Source: a virus
Taxonomy: Duplodnaviria > Caudoviricetes
DNA: 64,000 nucleotides
Direction: 5' to 3' (one strand)
IMG/VR virus record: IMGVR_UViG_2687453683_000002
Coordinates: 32,001 to 96,000 of that record
Under the pieces are notes generated by a model that was given only the letters and a program-made list of their open reading frames with translations, was not told the origin of the DNA and searched no databases. This document shows positions 18,901 to 29,800 of this stretch, one piece after another (position 1 is the first letter of the stretch; every line of letters begins with the position of its first letter). A program made the position numbers and the translations under genes.

Positions 18901-19831
18901 CTTCTTCGATATTTTCAAGAGGTCCCTCATGCCTTGTATCAGCCAATTCGTACCCTTTAAGGGAAGAATCCTTGGTACTAATCTCAGCAAGTTCGTAACC
19001 GAACTCCTTACTTTCACTCACAATGATTGCATACTCAACCGGATAGGATTCCCCGTCTGCCCTGTACATACCAACCTCTGCTGACTTGAAACGGGCAGTT
19101 TCTCCTTGCATCGTGATGTAAGGGTCATGGGTAGCAGTGCTCAGTAAAGCAATCTCCCCGTCCAAGATGTTTCTTACAATGTTCGACAAAACCGCCCGAC
19201 CTTTTTCCGCATTAAGGCGAACCCCATTCTCAGCCGTGTCGAAGCCTGACATTTGAGCGTCCGCTGATATTCCTGAGGTATTGGACTCCAAGGCATGAAT
19301 AACACTCTGCTTGTTAGATAGTGAAATGGATACTCTGTTCCCTTCCTCAATGGAGACCTTCACGTCATAAAGATCACCGGAGGATAATTCGTCAAGAAGT
19401 GCCAGATGGTCTGTTCTACTGCCTTCTCTCACCGCCGCACCTTCAGCATCAAGTACCTGCTCTAGCCTGCGTACGCTCTGTTGCTCTCCAGTTGTTACGT
19501 CCGTGACTGTTTCGCCGTTAAAATACTTATGTATGCCCGACAAATACGATACGATAGATGCGACTACAGTCTCCACCTCAAAACCGTCATACTGAGTGAC
19601 GTACTCAGCACTCTCTAGCCGCCCGAATAATCCAGTAGCCGAGTGAGGCACTTTATTTGCGCCCTTCATGGTATCTTCAATCAGTGTTCGATAGGTACTG
19701 TTAACGGGAGCGGTCAGGTGATATTGATTGTTTGCATTGATAATCTGCTCAAACCCAATTGTCAGTTCATAGCCCTTTTTAGAAAAAAGGGCGGTGAAGC
19801 TGATCAGGTAAGATTTCTTACCGTTCATCAT
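15962..19831 (-). CDS. Very acidic repeat protein (1289 aa) with basic/Trp-rich C-terminal tail
   Basis: About 19-residue quasi-repeats (e.g. EGVVVGIETG, DGVMERPETA, EGVMQETVTA); ends KKPRIWLILGKIASWSIWNWKKTR. Confidence 0.85.
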   Translation of the reverse strand: MMNGKKSYLISFTALFSKKGYELTIGFEQIINANNQYHLTAPVNSTYRTLIEDTMKGANKVPHSATGLFGRLESAEYVTQYDGFEVETVVASIVSYLSGIHKYFNGETVTDVTTGEQQSVRRLEQVLDAEGAAVREGSRTDHLALLDELSSGDLYDVKVSIEEGNRVSISLSNKQSVIHALESNTSGISADAQMSGFDTAENGVRLNAEKGRAVLSNIVRNILDGEIALLSTATHDPYITMQGETARFKSAEVGMYRADGESYPVEYAIIVSESKEFGYELAEISTKDSSLKGYELADTRHEGPLENIEEARRLEVTEDAFLSQTENAVSDMAFDAQDVAYIYAEKQNEADLTLTTLTDTYGGGDAEVNESIVAETVYHDPTMLSEFIIVDTCKDTHLETFTQVYTYQNVDVQEFVQTDTIMQASQQDTMTGDLIHPVHEGGIDGVLTQGETVHDSNLHESIAYETLVHEPAHLDLYTESTTREDVYIIASSSQATKHVKDARIETTRTVDKRVTAELQEFLTYETRRDGQFETIEVTYSQPGSFLTIDRTSTADTRQEGGVIPALESGKVEMDYDARIDGLEQSYYFNKGGIISFFTGVESISNGAENRLESAEYTSDAWGNESLTDASSDSEAKGRIEFSSQAVVNQEYAADVGKASDAEYFISSNSDIQIVTNAEIYVGGDPLVDRFMGADNISDRTDAEVEEMTEAEVTEHMQAEVQSLVTFEQIQGVIAESPEILKAVRLMEIMYGSKAVDLIEAGMENIIQDSITQGFTQADFPAITQAVIERMKQAGAGVTVVAINQDEVQAEHNKGAELAVENPSTGLYINEPEGTMPQEMSGASLFDFHRTADVSEIGRAISEANKLIGIMQTIESAEQTTFGEGLRPNTLTAAESDITKDGVVHFPETAVSDPTAEGVVVGIETGSVGMKYDGVMERPETADHMTNAEGVMQETVTAEQSDAKQVGYEHKPETAVNETGRDGVWFGIELAEQRADKEGVTHEIEGARISDGNSPSILHEIEGAWQSDAPRESVLHELELVTYGDREYEMEETKLEGATQNKSADAVLSEIEGATSFTSEEAVVLGLESADYFDGSTEGVISGGESAYLDDSSKVGTISEMETATLTTNAEAIVHGSEQATSGKEINPVVQEEELADYSSYQNESVIDELDSATRKRKRLVTDIHDDTESVNNREPIETHIAEPEDATRPTRAVEVGIEMSEEADRPKRVFEVDINQAEGATRPKREIETTIERAEGGILKTPEEPKKPRIWLILGKIASWSIWNWKKTR

Positions 19832-19857
19832 TCACCGCCAACCTCCCTTGCTATTTA

Positions 19858-21678
19858 TTAAGAGTTCTTCTTCAACGTTTCTTTCAGGATGCCGAGACCA
19901 ATTGGGGCAAACGGCGACATGTTAGCCAATGTGAACGGACTGACAGGTGTGTCTGCCAACGTGTAGCGGTAAAGTTGCTTGTACTCGTAAGTAGCAAGGA
20001 CTTCCGATTCAGACACAGGTTCTTTTCCGTCAAGGAAGTTGATTGTCTTCGTCTCGATATCAACTGTGTAGTCTGTGCCGAGCACTTGGTCTACGCAATC
20101 CACCTGAACTTCCAACTTAAACGGAGTTCCGTCATCCTTCAGAGAAGGCGAGTGCGCCATATGGAAGACTTTGTTTACGCCTGTGCCCTTGCCCACTTCT
20201 TCATGGTCGGATGTCTCCACTACTTCAAGTTCATCGAGTTGGGAAATGTTCTTAGGGTGTACGGCGTAACATTCATCCAGCTTACCTACAAAACCATCAT
20301 TCGGGTGAACAATGTACATCGGGGAGATGTGATACTTACCACTATAAACCGATGGATTAAATCGGGACTCACCCGCATCAACGTTCTTATCGTGCGTTAT
20401 GAACGCGAGGTAATGCTGTTGGTAGTATGTACCACCGATGGACTGTTGAAGCTGTACACCACGGTTTCCGTTGGATGTGTTGTTACCGTAGTCGACGTAA
20501 ATCGCACCCAACTTCATGTCTTTCTTCCATACAACTTCGTCTGCTTCCCGACAACCAGAGATAATGACATTGTTTTTGCGAGGGGACTTACCAAGAGTCG
20601 TTAGCCGCCCGATGTACAATGGAGCGAAGTAAGTATTCTCAGCGCCCGGAGTAGGATCTGGACGGAAAAACATTACGATTCGGTCTTTGGTTACATTCCC
20701 CCAGTAGTACATCGTACTATCACGTTGCCATCCTCTATCAAAGTTCTGCAACGGAGTGAAGGACAGAGCCGTTGGCAGGGATGGATAGATGTAATAAATG
20801 GATGAGTAAACAGCATTCATTAGATCATTCGGTTTATCGGGGTCAAAGTTCTTGACTGTGATGTCACCGTAATTCAGCGTTTGGTTTCCAGTGGCATTCA
20901 GAATTCTGATGTAGGATGCATGTAATTCTGCTCCTGCGTCTGGTGCTTTGCCAACGAACGTTACACTATTATTAGTGTAGTCAACTGTGTATAACGTTGA
21001 ATCCTGTTCAACCTGATTCACATAAACCCTTACAGTATCCGCTTTAATCGTCGCCACCGTTGGGATTTGGAACAACTTACGAGTTCCATCACCATCCGGT
21101 AAAATGGATTCAGGGTCTCCAACGACTACAGAACCGCTAACACCTTGTACGATTCGTTCGCCCCGCACATCATCGAATGTGAAGAAGTACATGCGCTTCA
21201 CTGGCTGAGGTGCAATTGGAGATGGGGAGTAGTTTGCTGTAATTGCGTCAGTCGGCAATGGTGCGGACGTGAATGTGATGATACCGTTCGTTTCATCAAG
21301 AACGTAGTCTGTCGAAGCAACAGCGTTACCGTTCTTATAGACGATGACAGAATCTCTGAGTACAGGGAACACTTGGAAGTGGAACTTCGTGTTTAATGTC
21401 TCGTTTTCAATCAACGCACCAAGTACGGAGTTCTGAGAAATAAACTCTTGCTCGCCCAAGGTTGGATTGCTTTTCTTGCCGTATCCGTAAACCATGCCGA
21501 AGTTCCGCATTTGGTTGTCCGAGCCGAGAGACCGGAACAAGCGGACATCTGCGAACTTCTGACCGTCTTGAGATACGGAGCGGTACTTTATGAATGTATC
21601 CCATCCCTTGGAGTTAAACAGTGCTTCAAGGTCTTTAGGGAATAGCTGAATCGTGGAATCTCCATCAAACCAACTCAC
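19858..21678 (-). CDS. Baseplate/structural protein paralogue 3 (606 aa) with three Ig-like inserts
   Basis: Shares PLYIG, FNPSVYSGKYHISP, VHPNDG with paralogues; repeated VYxNG...DY...ITF modules. Confidence 0.8.
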   Translation of the reverse strand: MSWFDGDSTIQLFPKDLEALFNSKGWDTFIKYRSVSQDGQKFADVRLFRSLGSDNQMRNFGMVYGYGKKSNPTLGEQEFISQNSVLGALIENETLNTKFHFQVFPVLRDSVIVYKNGNAVASTDYVLDETNGIITFTSAPLPTDAITANYSPSPIAPQPVKRMYFFTFDDVRGERIVQGVSGSVVVGDPESILPDGDGTRKLFQIPTVATIKADTVRVYVNQVEQDSTLYTVDYTNNSVTFVGKAPDAGAELHASYIRILNATGNQTLNYGDITVKNFDPDKPNDLMNAVYSSIYYIYPSLPTALSFTPLQNFDRGWQRDSTMYYWGNVTKDRIVMFFRPDPTPGAENTYFAPLYIGRLTTLGKSPRKNNVIISGCREADEVVWKKDMKLGAIYVDYGNNTSNGNRGVQLQQSIGGTYYQQHYLAFITHDKNVDAGESRFNPSVYSGKYHISPMYIVHPNDGFVGKLDECYAVHPKNISQLDELEVVETSDHEEVGKGTGVNKVFHMAHSPSLKDDGTPFKLEVQVDCVDQVLGTDYTVDIETKTINFLDGKEPVSESEVLATYEYKQLYRYTLADTPVSPFTLANMSPFAPIGLGILKETLKKNS

Positions 21679-21766
21679 GATAAATCACCTCTCGTTTGGA
21701 ATTACCCTGCTGGTTATCCTGACTAAATATACTTATTTAATAGGAATTAATGCCAGGGCTATATTG

Positions 21767-23245
21767 TTATGGGGTTGTAGGCTGTGTCGGTGTAGGTGTC
21801 GGAGTGACCTCCACGCCTTCATCATCTACAGTATTTAAGTACAATCCAATACCCGCTGGACGGTACTGAGTTCCCGGCTTACTTGTCAGTGGGGACACAC
21901 CCTCAACCAAGAAGTAACGGAATACATCGAATTCATCTGGGCAGTGATCCTTCTTCACACGCAGTTTGTTTGCGTTAAAGGACAGCGCCGATAATGCGAT
22001 GGTGTCTTTCAGTGCTCCCCGCACCCCTTCTTCTGGATGAACCACGTACAGCTTGGAAGTGTGAACCTTACCGCTGTATCGGGAAGGGTTAAAGGAATAC
22101 TTGTAAAGAGGATTCTCAGCGTTGTTCCAAGCCCGCGGATAGTCTCGCTTGCCATCCTGCGAAGTACGCATTGGAGGGATGGCATTGGCTGGTGCGTTCC
22201 AAGACAGGTAGTACGCCTGATATCGAGCACCGAGTTTACCACGGCTGACCATAACGTTGTCCAATCCGTTCGCAGGATTCTTAGGGTAGGTTTTCATCAG
22301 CGGCATGATGTTCGGTTGTCTCTTCGTCGTATCATCGAAGTCGTACTCAGCGATAGCAGTCAACCCCGCTGAACCTGTCTGTGTCACGATAGGTACACTA
22401 CCTGCGAACATTGCGTAGGCATCATCACCTTCTTCAATGGCATCCAGCTTACCGAAGTAGAGAGGAATGATTGGAACAAGGTTTCCTTCCGGTGCAGGTA
22501 CGTTGTCACATTGGATGATGAAAAACAGACTATCTCCGTTCAAGTGACCTTTAATAGAGATTTCTGAGTCAGCCCACCAGTTCGTATTTTGAATCGCATA
22601 GTTGATATCGTCGTCGTGGTATTTTTCCAAAAGGTTGGTGCGAAGACCAGCTTGCATGATTGGAGATTGCATCCGATTCCCTTCAGCTTTAGATACAGTG
22701 AAGGTAGCCGTCGAGCCTGTGCCTACCCAACCTGCAGCTTCTACTTCGATATCCAGAGCCGCCCGTTTAAGGTCGCCCGAGTTAATCCAAGGCAGTGTTA
22801 CGTCAGAGTAGTTAGGCATAAGTCCCGCCAAATTCTCGACCATATAGAAGTACAGAGTCTGAGGGGAACGATACTTACGGAACTCGTTTGTAGCCCATTC
22901 TGAGAACACCGCAAGTGTTGCAGGAGCCGGAGCTTTAGAATCAGGTGACTTGTTTAGCTTCCGAAGTTGACCAAGGTTCTGATTCCATGTACCAAGAACA
23001 GCAACGCCAAACATCTTATCCGTAGTGTTCTTGTAAATGAAGTGCTCCGCCACGTAGATTGGAATGTCGACCGTATCTTGACCAGTGTACGTGCTTCGCA
23101 TAATACCTGCGTCAAAAACCACTTTCTTAAAGTTAGCGACTGTTTCCCATCCTTGAGTAGCAAGTAGGTCTCCTAACCGAGGTTGAATATCCTGTTCCGT
23201 TACTTTCGGGGTAAACGAAGCAGGAGTTGTGTCGATAAATGGCAT
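21767..23245 (-). CDS. Baseplate/structural protein paralogue 2 (492 aa)
   Basis: WWADS, PLYFG, GARYQAYYLSW, FNPSRYSGKVHTS, VHPEEG. Confidence 0.8.
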   Translation of the reverse strand: MPFIDTTPASFTPKVTEQDIQPRLGDLLATQGWETVANFKKVVFDAGIMRSTYTGQDTVDIPIYVAEHFIYKNTTDKMFGVAVLGTWNQNLGQLRKLNKSPDSKAPAPATLAVFSEWATNEFRKYRSPQTLYFYMVENLAGLMPNYSDVTLPWINSGDLKRAALDIEVEAAGWVGTGSTATFTVSKAEGNRMQSPIMQAGLRTNLLEKYHDDDINYAIQNTNWWADSEISIKGHLNGDSLFFIIQCDNVPAPEGNLVPIIPLYFGKLDAIEEGDDAYAMFAGSVPIVTQTGSAGLTAIAEYDFDDTTKRQPNIMPLMKTYPKNPANGLDNVMVSRGKLGARYQAYYLSWNAPANAIPPMRTSQDGKRDYPRAWNNAENPLYKYSFNPSRYSGKVHTSKLYVVHPEEGVRGALKDTIALSALSFNANKLRVKKDHCPDEFDVFRYFLVEGVSPLTSKPGTQYRPAGIGLYLNTVDDEGVEVTPTPTPTQPTTP

Positions 23246-23293
23246 TTAAATAGCACCCCTTCACTTATTAGCTTTATATAGCAAGTCCTGCTG

Positions 23294-25954
23294 TTACACA
23301 GGACAGTTTACCAGGTATTCCCAAGACGAACCCGACCCCGAACTGGAGGACATGACCACCTTTATTTGTGTTACGCCGCCAACAGGACTGTATTGGAATT
23401 GGAGTGAACCTCCGTTAGATACTTCCATGTTGGTGCTGGCAAGCAACTGGTTCTGATAGTAAACATCCATACGGTCAGCTACCCCATACATGTTGTAGGT
23501 GATAACGACTCGTCCAGACGAATTGCCCATCTCATGCAGTTTCTCCGTATAAGCCCCGCCGCCAGAATCGTTCAGCTTACCGCACTGCAATGTATTAGCC
23601 GGTGGGGGTGGTGGAGGTGGTGGGGGCACGTACTTGGCAGTTACCATTATGGTTGCCGTGGCCGTTGCCTGCTGACCTACTTCATTCCACACCGTAAGCT
23701 TGACCGAATACGTGCCGACATTGCTGAATGTAAACGTTGCATTATCGACTGTATACAAGCCCTTTTTCACGTCACTCGCCACTTCCCACTTGTAATTCGT
23801 AATAGGGGAGTGCTTGCTGTACAGCGATGTGAACTTGATCGACGTGTCCTCTTCTATGCTTGAGTAAGCAGGGTCGATTGACAGAATAAGAGCAGGAGGT
23901 TCAGGCGGTGAAGGAGGAATCTCAGGGAGAGTGTACCCCGCCTTTAGAATGCCGAGAGCGGCAGGTCTGTATGGCGTTGCAGGTCTCTTTGTCAGTGGCG
24001 AAATCCCTTCGACCAAGTAGTAAGAGTAAACCTCATACCTGTTCTCGTCGTCACAGTAATCTCTCACAGCCTTTAACTCGTCACCATTCATTATAGTTAA
24101 GGGCGAGGTTAAAATAACGTTGCGCAGTGTTCCGAACGTACCATCTTCAGGATGAACTAGAAGCGCACGGGATGAATGAGCTTTCCCGCTGTACCTTGAT
24201 GGACTAAACTGGTACTTGTATTGCTCGTTCATGTAATCTTTCCAGGCCCTTGGGTGCTTATGATTGTCATCATCTTCCCTTAGCGGTGGCATAGAATTAG
24301 AAGGGACATTCCAAGACAGATAATGCGCTTGATACCTTGCACCGAACTTATTTCGCTTGACCATAATGGAGTCAATACCGTTACTTGGGTAGTACGGATA
24401 CTCCTTCATAACAGGAAGTAGAACCTCTTGCTTGATGCTTGCATCGTCATAATCGAATTGACCGGACTGCTTGAGAGCGGCTTCTACGGTAGCCCCGTTC
24501 TTGTTGTATGCGGTCCCTGAGAATAAGGCAGACGGTGTGCCTTCTGCGTTCCGATTGGTCTCGATATGAATTTCAAGGAACATCCGACCGGATACCGGAG
24601 TGTAGCCACTCACTCCATCTCCACTCACTGCTTCAATGGTCACAGAGGACATGCCCTCAATTCCAGTGATATTGAACTGCCCCATCAACTGAGCATCGTT
24701 CCTGTTACTTGTCGGCTCTACCGCCCCGATGGTATTGAATTTCCCAATTTCCTGTCCTGCGATGGTCAGTGTGACAGCTTCGTCAGGCATGTCGCCATCC
24801 GTGTCACCCATTAGCCATACCTTTACATACGACCCTGCATTGACCATCGGTTTACCTGAGATAATGGTGGACGTTTTCGTTTGTTTCCGGTAGAAGTCAA
24901 ACGTGATATCCCGATTAATAACCTCTTCAGTCAAACCGTTCACATCGAAGTCTCCCATGTAAAGAGGAATCGCAGGTACGGCGTTGTCATCCCAGACAGG
25001 AGCAGTGTCCGCAACGATAATCAGCATGAGCGACTTACCGTCCACGAATCCTTTGACGAACACCTTACTGTCGTCCCACCAGTTCGTAAATTTTACGTCA
25101 ACGAAGGCAATTTTCTCTGTGTGCTCAAGCTGAGGGATTCTTGTACGGGACGTGACTATTGGCGACTGATACATCTGAGGGAAAGAATCAGTAATCCGTG
25201 ACTGAAGAGCGTTTGTATTGTCGTCCAGACCCCACATGCTTGTCTGAACCTCAACATCCAAAGCCACCCGTTTCAATTCATTGACGTTCTCCCACCCAAC
25301 CAACATCTTCCCGTTTCCAATCCACTTCTCAAGCTGGTAGAAGTAAAGCGTATGCCGCTCAAAGAGGGCCTCTTCGTTAGCTTTCTGAATTGCCCAAGAA
25401 AATACGCCGCTGTCCTGCGGTGTCAACTGAGTACCGTAATCGGCATTTTTGTCATAGATTGCGAATGGTACTTTACAGTCCGTCCGTCCGATCTGCTCAT
25501 TAATGTGAGCCAGCATCGCCATGCCGAACAGGTTTCCGGATATATTTTTGACGACGATGTGCTTGGTCACATAAAAGTCGAAGGTGTCCGCTGACCCGAC
25601 TGTACTGTAGTAAATCGCTACCTGGCCGGATACCCCTGCTTCAAAAGTAATCGTGGTGGTTTCATCAGTGTTCTTGACCGCCGTGTAATAGGATGTTGGA
25701 GCAATCTCCCCATCAAGGTAGATGTAGTAATCATCGTTAAGTACCTTCGGCAAGTCTATTTCAGGGTTAGCCAACGGAAGGTAGAAACGCTTGATTGTTG
25801 GCTTGGTCAGCTTGTTAGAGTAGGCTACTTTAGTAAACTCTGTTACCTTTGACCAGCCGTTGGTTGTCATAATTCCAGCAAGTCCTTCTAGCAGGAACTC
25901 TTCGTTTATGGTCGTGTCGAGCCACGGCGTTGGCTGATATGACGTATCTGCCAT
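23294..25954 (-). CDS. Baseplate/structural protein paralogue 1 (886 aa) with PKD domain and proline-linked C-terminal beta domain
   Basis: WWDDS, GARYQAHYLSW, FSPSRYSGKAHSS, VHPEDG; PKD-like NYKW...FSNVGTYSVKLTV; poly-Pro linker. Confidence 0.8.
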   Translation of the reverse strand: MADTSYQPTPWLDTTINEEFLLEGLAGIMTTNGWSKVTEFTKVAYSNKLTKPTIKRFYLPLANPEIDLPKVLNDDYYIYLDGEIAPTSYYTAVKNTDETTTITFEAGVSGQVAIYYSTVGSADTFDFYVTKHIVVKNISGNLFGMAMLAHINEQIGRTDCKVPFAIYDKNADYGTQLTPQDSGVFSWAIQKANEEALFERHTLYFYQLEKWIGNGKMLVGWENVNELKRVALDVEVQTSMWGLDDNTNALQSRITDSFPQMYQSPIVTSRTRIPQLEHTEKIAFVDVKFTNWWDDSKVFVKGFVDGKSLMLIIVADTAPVWDDNAVPAIPLYMGDFDVNGLTEEVINRDITFDFYRKQTKTSTIISGKPMVNAGSYVKVWLMGDTDGDMPDEAVTLTIAGQEIGKFNTIGAVEPTSNRNDAQLMGQFNITGIEGMSSVTIEAVSGDGVSGYTPVSGRMFLEIHIETNRNAEGTPSALFSGTAYNKNGATVEAALKQSGQFDYDDASIKQEVLLPVMKEYPYYPSNGIDSIMVKRNKFGARYQAHYLSWNVPSNSMPPLREDDDNHKHPRAWKDYMNEQYKYQFSPSRYSGKAHSSRALLVHPEDGTFGTLRNVILTSPLTIMNGDELKAVRDYCDDENRYEVYSYYLVEGISPLTKRPATPYRPAALGILKAGYTLPEIPPSPPEPPALILSIDPAYSSIEEDTSIKFTSLYSKHSPITNYKWEVASDVKKGLYTVDNATFTFSNVGTYSVKLTVWNEVGQQATATATIMVTAKYVPPPPPPPPPANTLQCGKLNDSGGGAYTEKLHEMGNSSGRVVITYNMYGVADRMDVYYQNQLLASTNMEVSNGGSLQFQYSPVGGVTQIKVVMSSSSGSGSSWEYLVNCPV

Positions 25955-25969
25955 TTCATCACCTCCTTT

Positions 25970-26356
25970 CTATTTGAGAGTTTGGTAGTTTGCCCATACT
26001 ACCTTAGGCTTGCCGCCTTCATTAAAGAACTCAAAGTGAAGTTGCGTTCCCTGTTTACACGGGATAATCGCCGTCAGGTACATACCCTCCGGTAAATCCT
26101 TCGTGTAAATGTTCTTACATACCAGCCGTTCCCCTACGTACAAATTCCAATAGTCTCTTGCTTCATAGTTGGATACGCCGACTGCAACGGAAAGCAGCTC
26201 ACAATCCTCTTGAATGGTCAGCTTGTGTTCAACTTTGCCCGACATTTGGGACTCTATCATAATCCCTTCAATGTACGGGTTCGTTTTGGTAGGCATAAAA
26301 GGAGGGTCGAGTCTACCGCCTACCAAATAACTTGCAAAATTTGCTCCGCTAGACAT
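25970..26356 (-). CDS. Small tail-locus structural protein (128 aa)
   Basis: ORF tightly coupled within operon. Confidence 0.7.
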   Translation of the reverse strand: MSSGANFASYLVGGRLDPPFMPTKTNPYIEGIMIESQMSGKVEHKLTIQEDCELLSVAVGVSNYEARDYWNLYVGERLVCKNIYTKDLPEGMYLTAIIPCKQGTQLHFEFFNEGGKPKVVWANYQTLK

Positions 26357-26359
26357 TCA

Positions 26360-26776
26360 CTACACCGCCTTAATATATTCGAGCTCCAGATTCTTAAATA
26401 ATCCGTTCTCTCTAATAATAGTCGCTCTAACTGTGCTGAAAGATGCGATATCCGTTTCCTCTTCTAATTCCTCATTGACCAAGGCAGGATATGTAATCTC
26501 TATCAGGAAGCCTTCCACAATTAAATTTGCATCCCTCTCAAGGGTCAGAACTTCGATTACACCGTTATCGTATGTGTATACCACAGAGGTTACAAGAGCA
26601 GTATAACCTGCCAATTCTCTGCGGGCTTCCACGTTAATTACATTCGGTTCTTCAAGTGCATCCATGACAGTTAAATCATCGCCGCCAGTGTACAGACCGG
26701 ACTTCTTCATCTCCCTACGGATTAAATCGAGTATGGGATAGATTTCATTCGCGTTTACAAAGTTCCTAGTGTCCAT
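26360..26776 (-). CDS. Small tail-locus protein (about 138 aa)
   Basis: Start moved to MDTRNF (RBS GAGGTG), downstream of promoter motif. Confidence 0.7.
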   Translation of the reverse strand: MDTRNFVNANEIYPILDLIRREMKKSGLYTGGDDLTVMDALEEPNVINVEARRELAGYTALVTSVVYTYDNGVIEVLTLERDANLIVEGFLIEITYPALVNEELEEETDIASFSTVRATIIRENGLFKNLELEYIKAV

Positions 26777-26799
26777 AGCATACACCTCACCTTCCATAG

Positions 26800-26829
26800 C
26801 ATTATAAGAAAAAGCAGGGAACAATTAGC
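26800..26829 (-). promoter_or_regulatory. Putative late promoter (GCTAA-N16-CTTATAATG)
   Basis: Motif match. Confidence 0.65.
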
Positions 26830-26861
26830 GCCTTAAGCGTAAGTGCTCCCTGCCTATGTGG

Positions 26862-29800
26862 TTATCCTACTTCTGATATAGACTGCCACGTCAACTCTAG
26901 GTAGTTGACGATGCCATCGCTGTTACCGACGATTCTGTTCCCTTTAACCAAGAAGTAATTGGCAGTGAACGTCTTGGAATCGTATACGTAGACAGAGTCC
27001 AGCAGTTCGATTAACGGATTACCTTTGACTACGACGTTCTTCGTTCTTGCCTGACGTTTGTAATCGAAGAAAATCTTATTGGCTACATCCTCCTTCAAGT
27101 CTCTCATGGAGTTTCCGTCGATCTCTTCAATCCAATCCAACTGAGCACCCGCCGTGCGGATATTCCCCTTGGTTGCGATAATCAGAGACTTGTCGAAGAA
27201 GTGTTCCACGATACCCGCTGTACCGGAAATCATCAAGTGGTTTCTGACACGAGAGTAATCCGTAGAAGAAGTAACTTCCAGTAGATTCTCTCCATCAATG
27301 AACTCCCACTTCATACCCGCTACCATAGCCCAGTCTGGTGAATCGAGGAAGTCCATCTTCTCCATTCGGAACGTCCCATACCTGTCGCAGTAGGCACGGT
27401 AAGGAATATCTTGAATAATGGACTGTACGGCATCTGAAGCGTTTGTACCTATTGAGAAGGATACACTTGCCACGAACGGATTCTGCCAGCCGCCCACTTC
27501 CATAATATTTTGTTGAGTCACGGCTTCAAGTTCTCCGCTCTCCTTGTTGAATTTCATGAAGGTGTTCTTCCCTTTGTTCACGTCAATGTAAACTGTATCC
27601 TCGATTACGTAGTCAGGATTGCTCATATCCTCCGAATGAAATTTCCAAGTGCTCATGCCTGCATGGACAACAATGTCTTCTACAATGCTTGATTTAATCC
27701 AGGAGAACGCCCCGCTATCTCCTGCATAAGCTTCTTCCGGTGGGTACTGCATAGGCTTGTAGAAGATAAATTCCTCAAGCATGTCGTACCTGTCCACGCA
27801 ACTAAACGAGACGGTTTTCTCTTCGGAGTTCTCCGTAATCTCCCCTTTAATCATTCCAGTGAATACACGGACAACTTCTTCCCCATATCCCGCATAAATC
27901 CTGATTGGAGTGTACTCGCTAATAACATGTCGCAGTTCTCCTTCTTCGTAATAGCTCAACGGAGACTTGTCCGTCTTAAATGAGTCAGGGAACTCTGGTC
28001 TACGCTCCCAAGATGGAGAATAAATACCCGAAGAGTTGTCCAGCGTTAGCCGTGCGGTACTAATAGTCGTATCAAGGTGGGTGTTGATTTCCCAACTCAT
28101 TACATCTTTCTCAATGGTGTACATGTCTTCATAAACGAAGTCCCCAACTTCATACCACTTCTCGTCATACGTGTCACCGATGGCAGTAGCTAGTTGCTCG
28201 ATGGCATAGTCGTTGGCAGCGTACTTCACACTGTCGAGATACATCGTTCCATCCGTCACTGCAAACAGAATTCTGCTTTGGTACGGATAGTCGAATGCCG
28301 CCCCACGAATTCCGGTGTTAACCCAGACATCATTTATCTTCACATATACATCGATATCCGTTTGGTCATGGCAGACTACAGTGTACTCGATAAAATCAGA
28401 AGTCGTGTTTAGCTTAAACGTGCCGCCACCAGATGTATAAATTTGGTCATCCTTGATGTTCAGAAGAAACCCCTTCGTTCCATCACTAATAACTAACTTA
28501 CCGCTGGTACCCGCCGCTGTCTTCAGGCTAAAGTTAATCGTAAACGGAAACTTCTTGATTTTACCTAGCCGCTCGATACCTGCTTCACCTCCGCTGGTCG
28601 AGATTGCTTGGTAATCTCCTTTGTCCTTCTGTACAACCGTGCTGTACGGAGTCCAGTTGTTGGCACTATTCATTCCATCTTCAAAGTCCCACATTGCCTT
28701 CGATTCAACGGTTTCTACATCAAACTCTTTCGCTCTGAGCCACAAGATACCGAACTTTCCTCTCGACGCTTTCGAGGAATTGGCGAAAGTGAATTTCACC
28801 ACGTTATGTCCTTTTGGCATCGGTATGGAAGGTGGGTATGCCACTCCGTTTTTAGCGCTCACCCCGTTGATACGCACTACTTCGTAATCATTAACTGTGA
28901 CGATAATCGTGTCATCCAGTTCAAGGTCAGAGAAGTATGCCCAGCCAAGGTTTCCTGCCTTAAACCAATCGTGCTCGAAAATCAGCGTCTTTGCCTGGCC
29001 CGCCCCGCCCGTTCCGTTAAATCCGAGGACGTTCATCGAAGTCTTGTCATCAACAACAGTCATTTGCACTGCACCGTTTGTCTCTGTGTACTTCTTGACA
29101 TCAAGTGCAGTCTTCTTGGTTGTAAATTCCTTGAAGTAAGTTTGTTTAGTGGTTGTCCTGTTGTATTGGTACGTGACGATTTCCTTGTCGATGCTGGCAT
29201 CTCCAGTCGAGTCTGCCGTTCTTGGTTTACCATCGCCCCAAGACTTGACTCGTACAACAACGGGCTGCCTTCCAAACTTGAGGGCATTCGCCTTCGTATC
29301 ATAAAGAATGTCAATTCGGTTGCCTTTGATATCCCCGCCCGTGTCATCCGCAAGATACTCTCCCCAACTCGTTCCATTCACAATCAGTTCCACTTTGCTC
29401 TTCAAAGGGATGACAGAGGGATCTACCGCAATAATCTTCCAGTTCTTCCATGTCCGTACGTCTGTACCGCCCCGTGTGATTCCAATACAGCCAGGGCAGT
29501 CTGCTACATATGCCGTTGCTTCCATGTTGTATTCCACGTAGGAGGTCGAGTCTGCCATTACTTCTGGAGCGTCCATTAGAACAGAAGCATCCTGAATGTT
29601 CCTTGGGTCAATTTTCTTGCTTGCTGTCTGAATAGTTTTCTTGCCCCGAAGGTACGGTTCAGGATTCTGTGCTACGTCGTTAAATCGTACTTCAAAGTGC
29701 AAGTGTGTTCCGTCACCACCACCGCTGGAGATGGAGTGTCCGGTATTACCTCCAAGACCTACAATACCACCTGCGTTAACCTTATCCCCCACACTGACAC

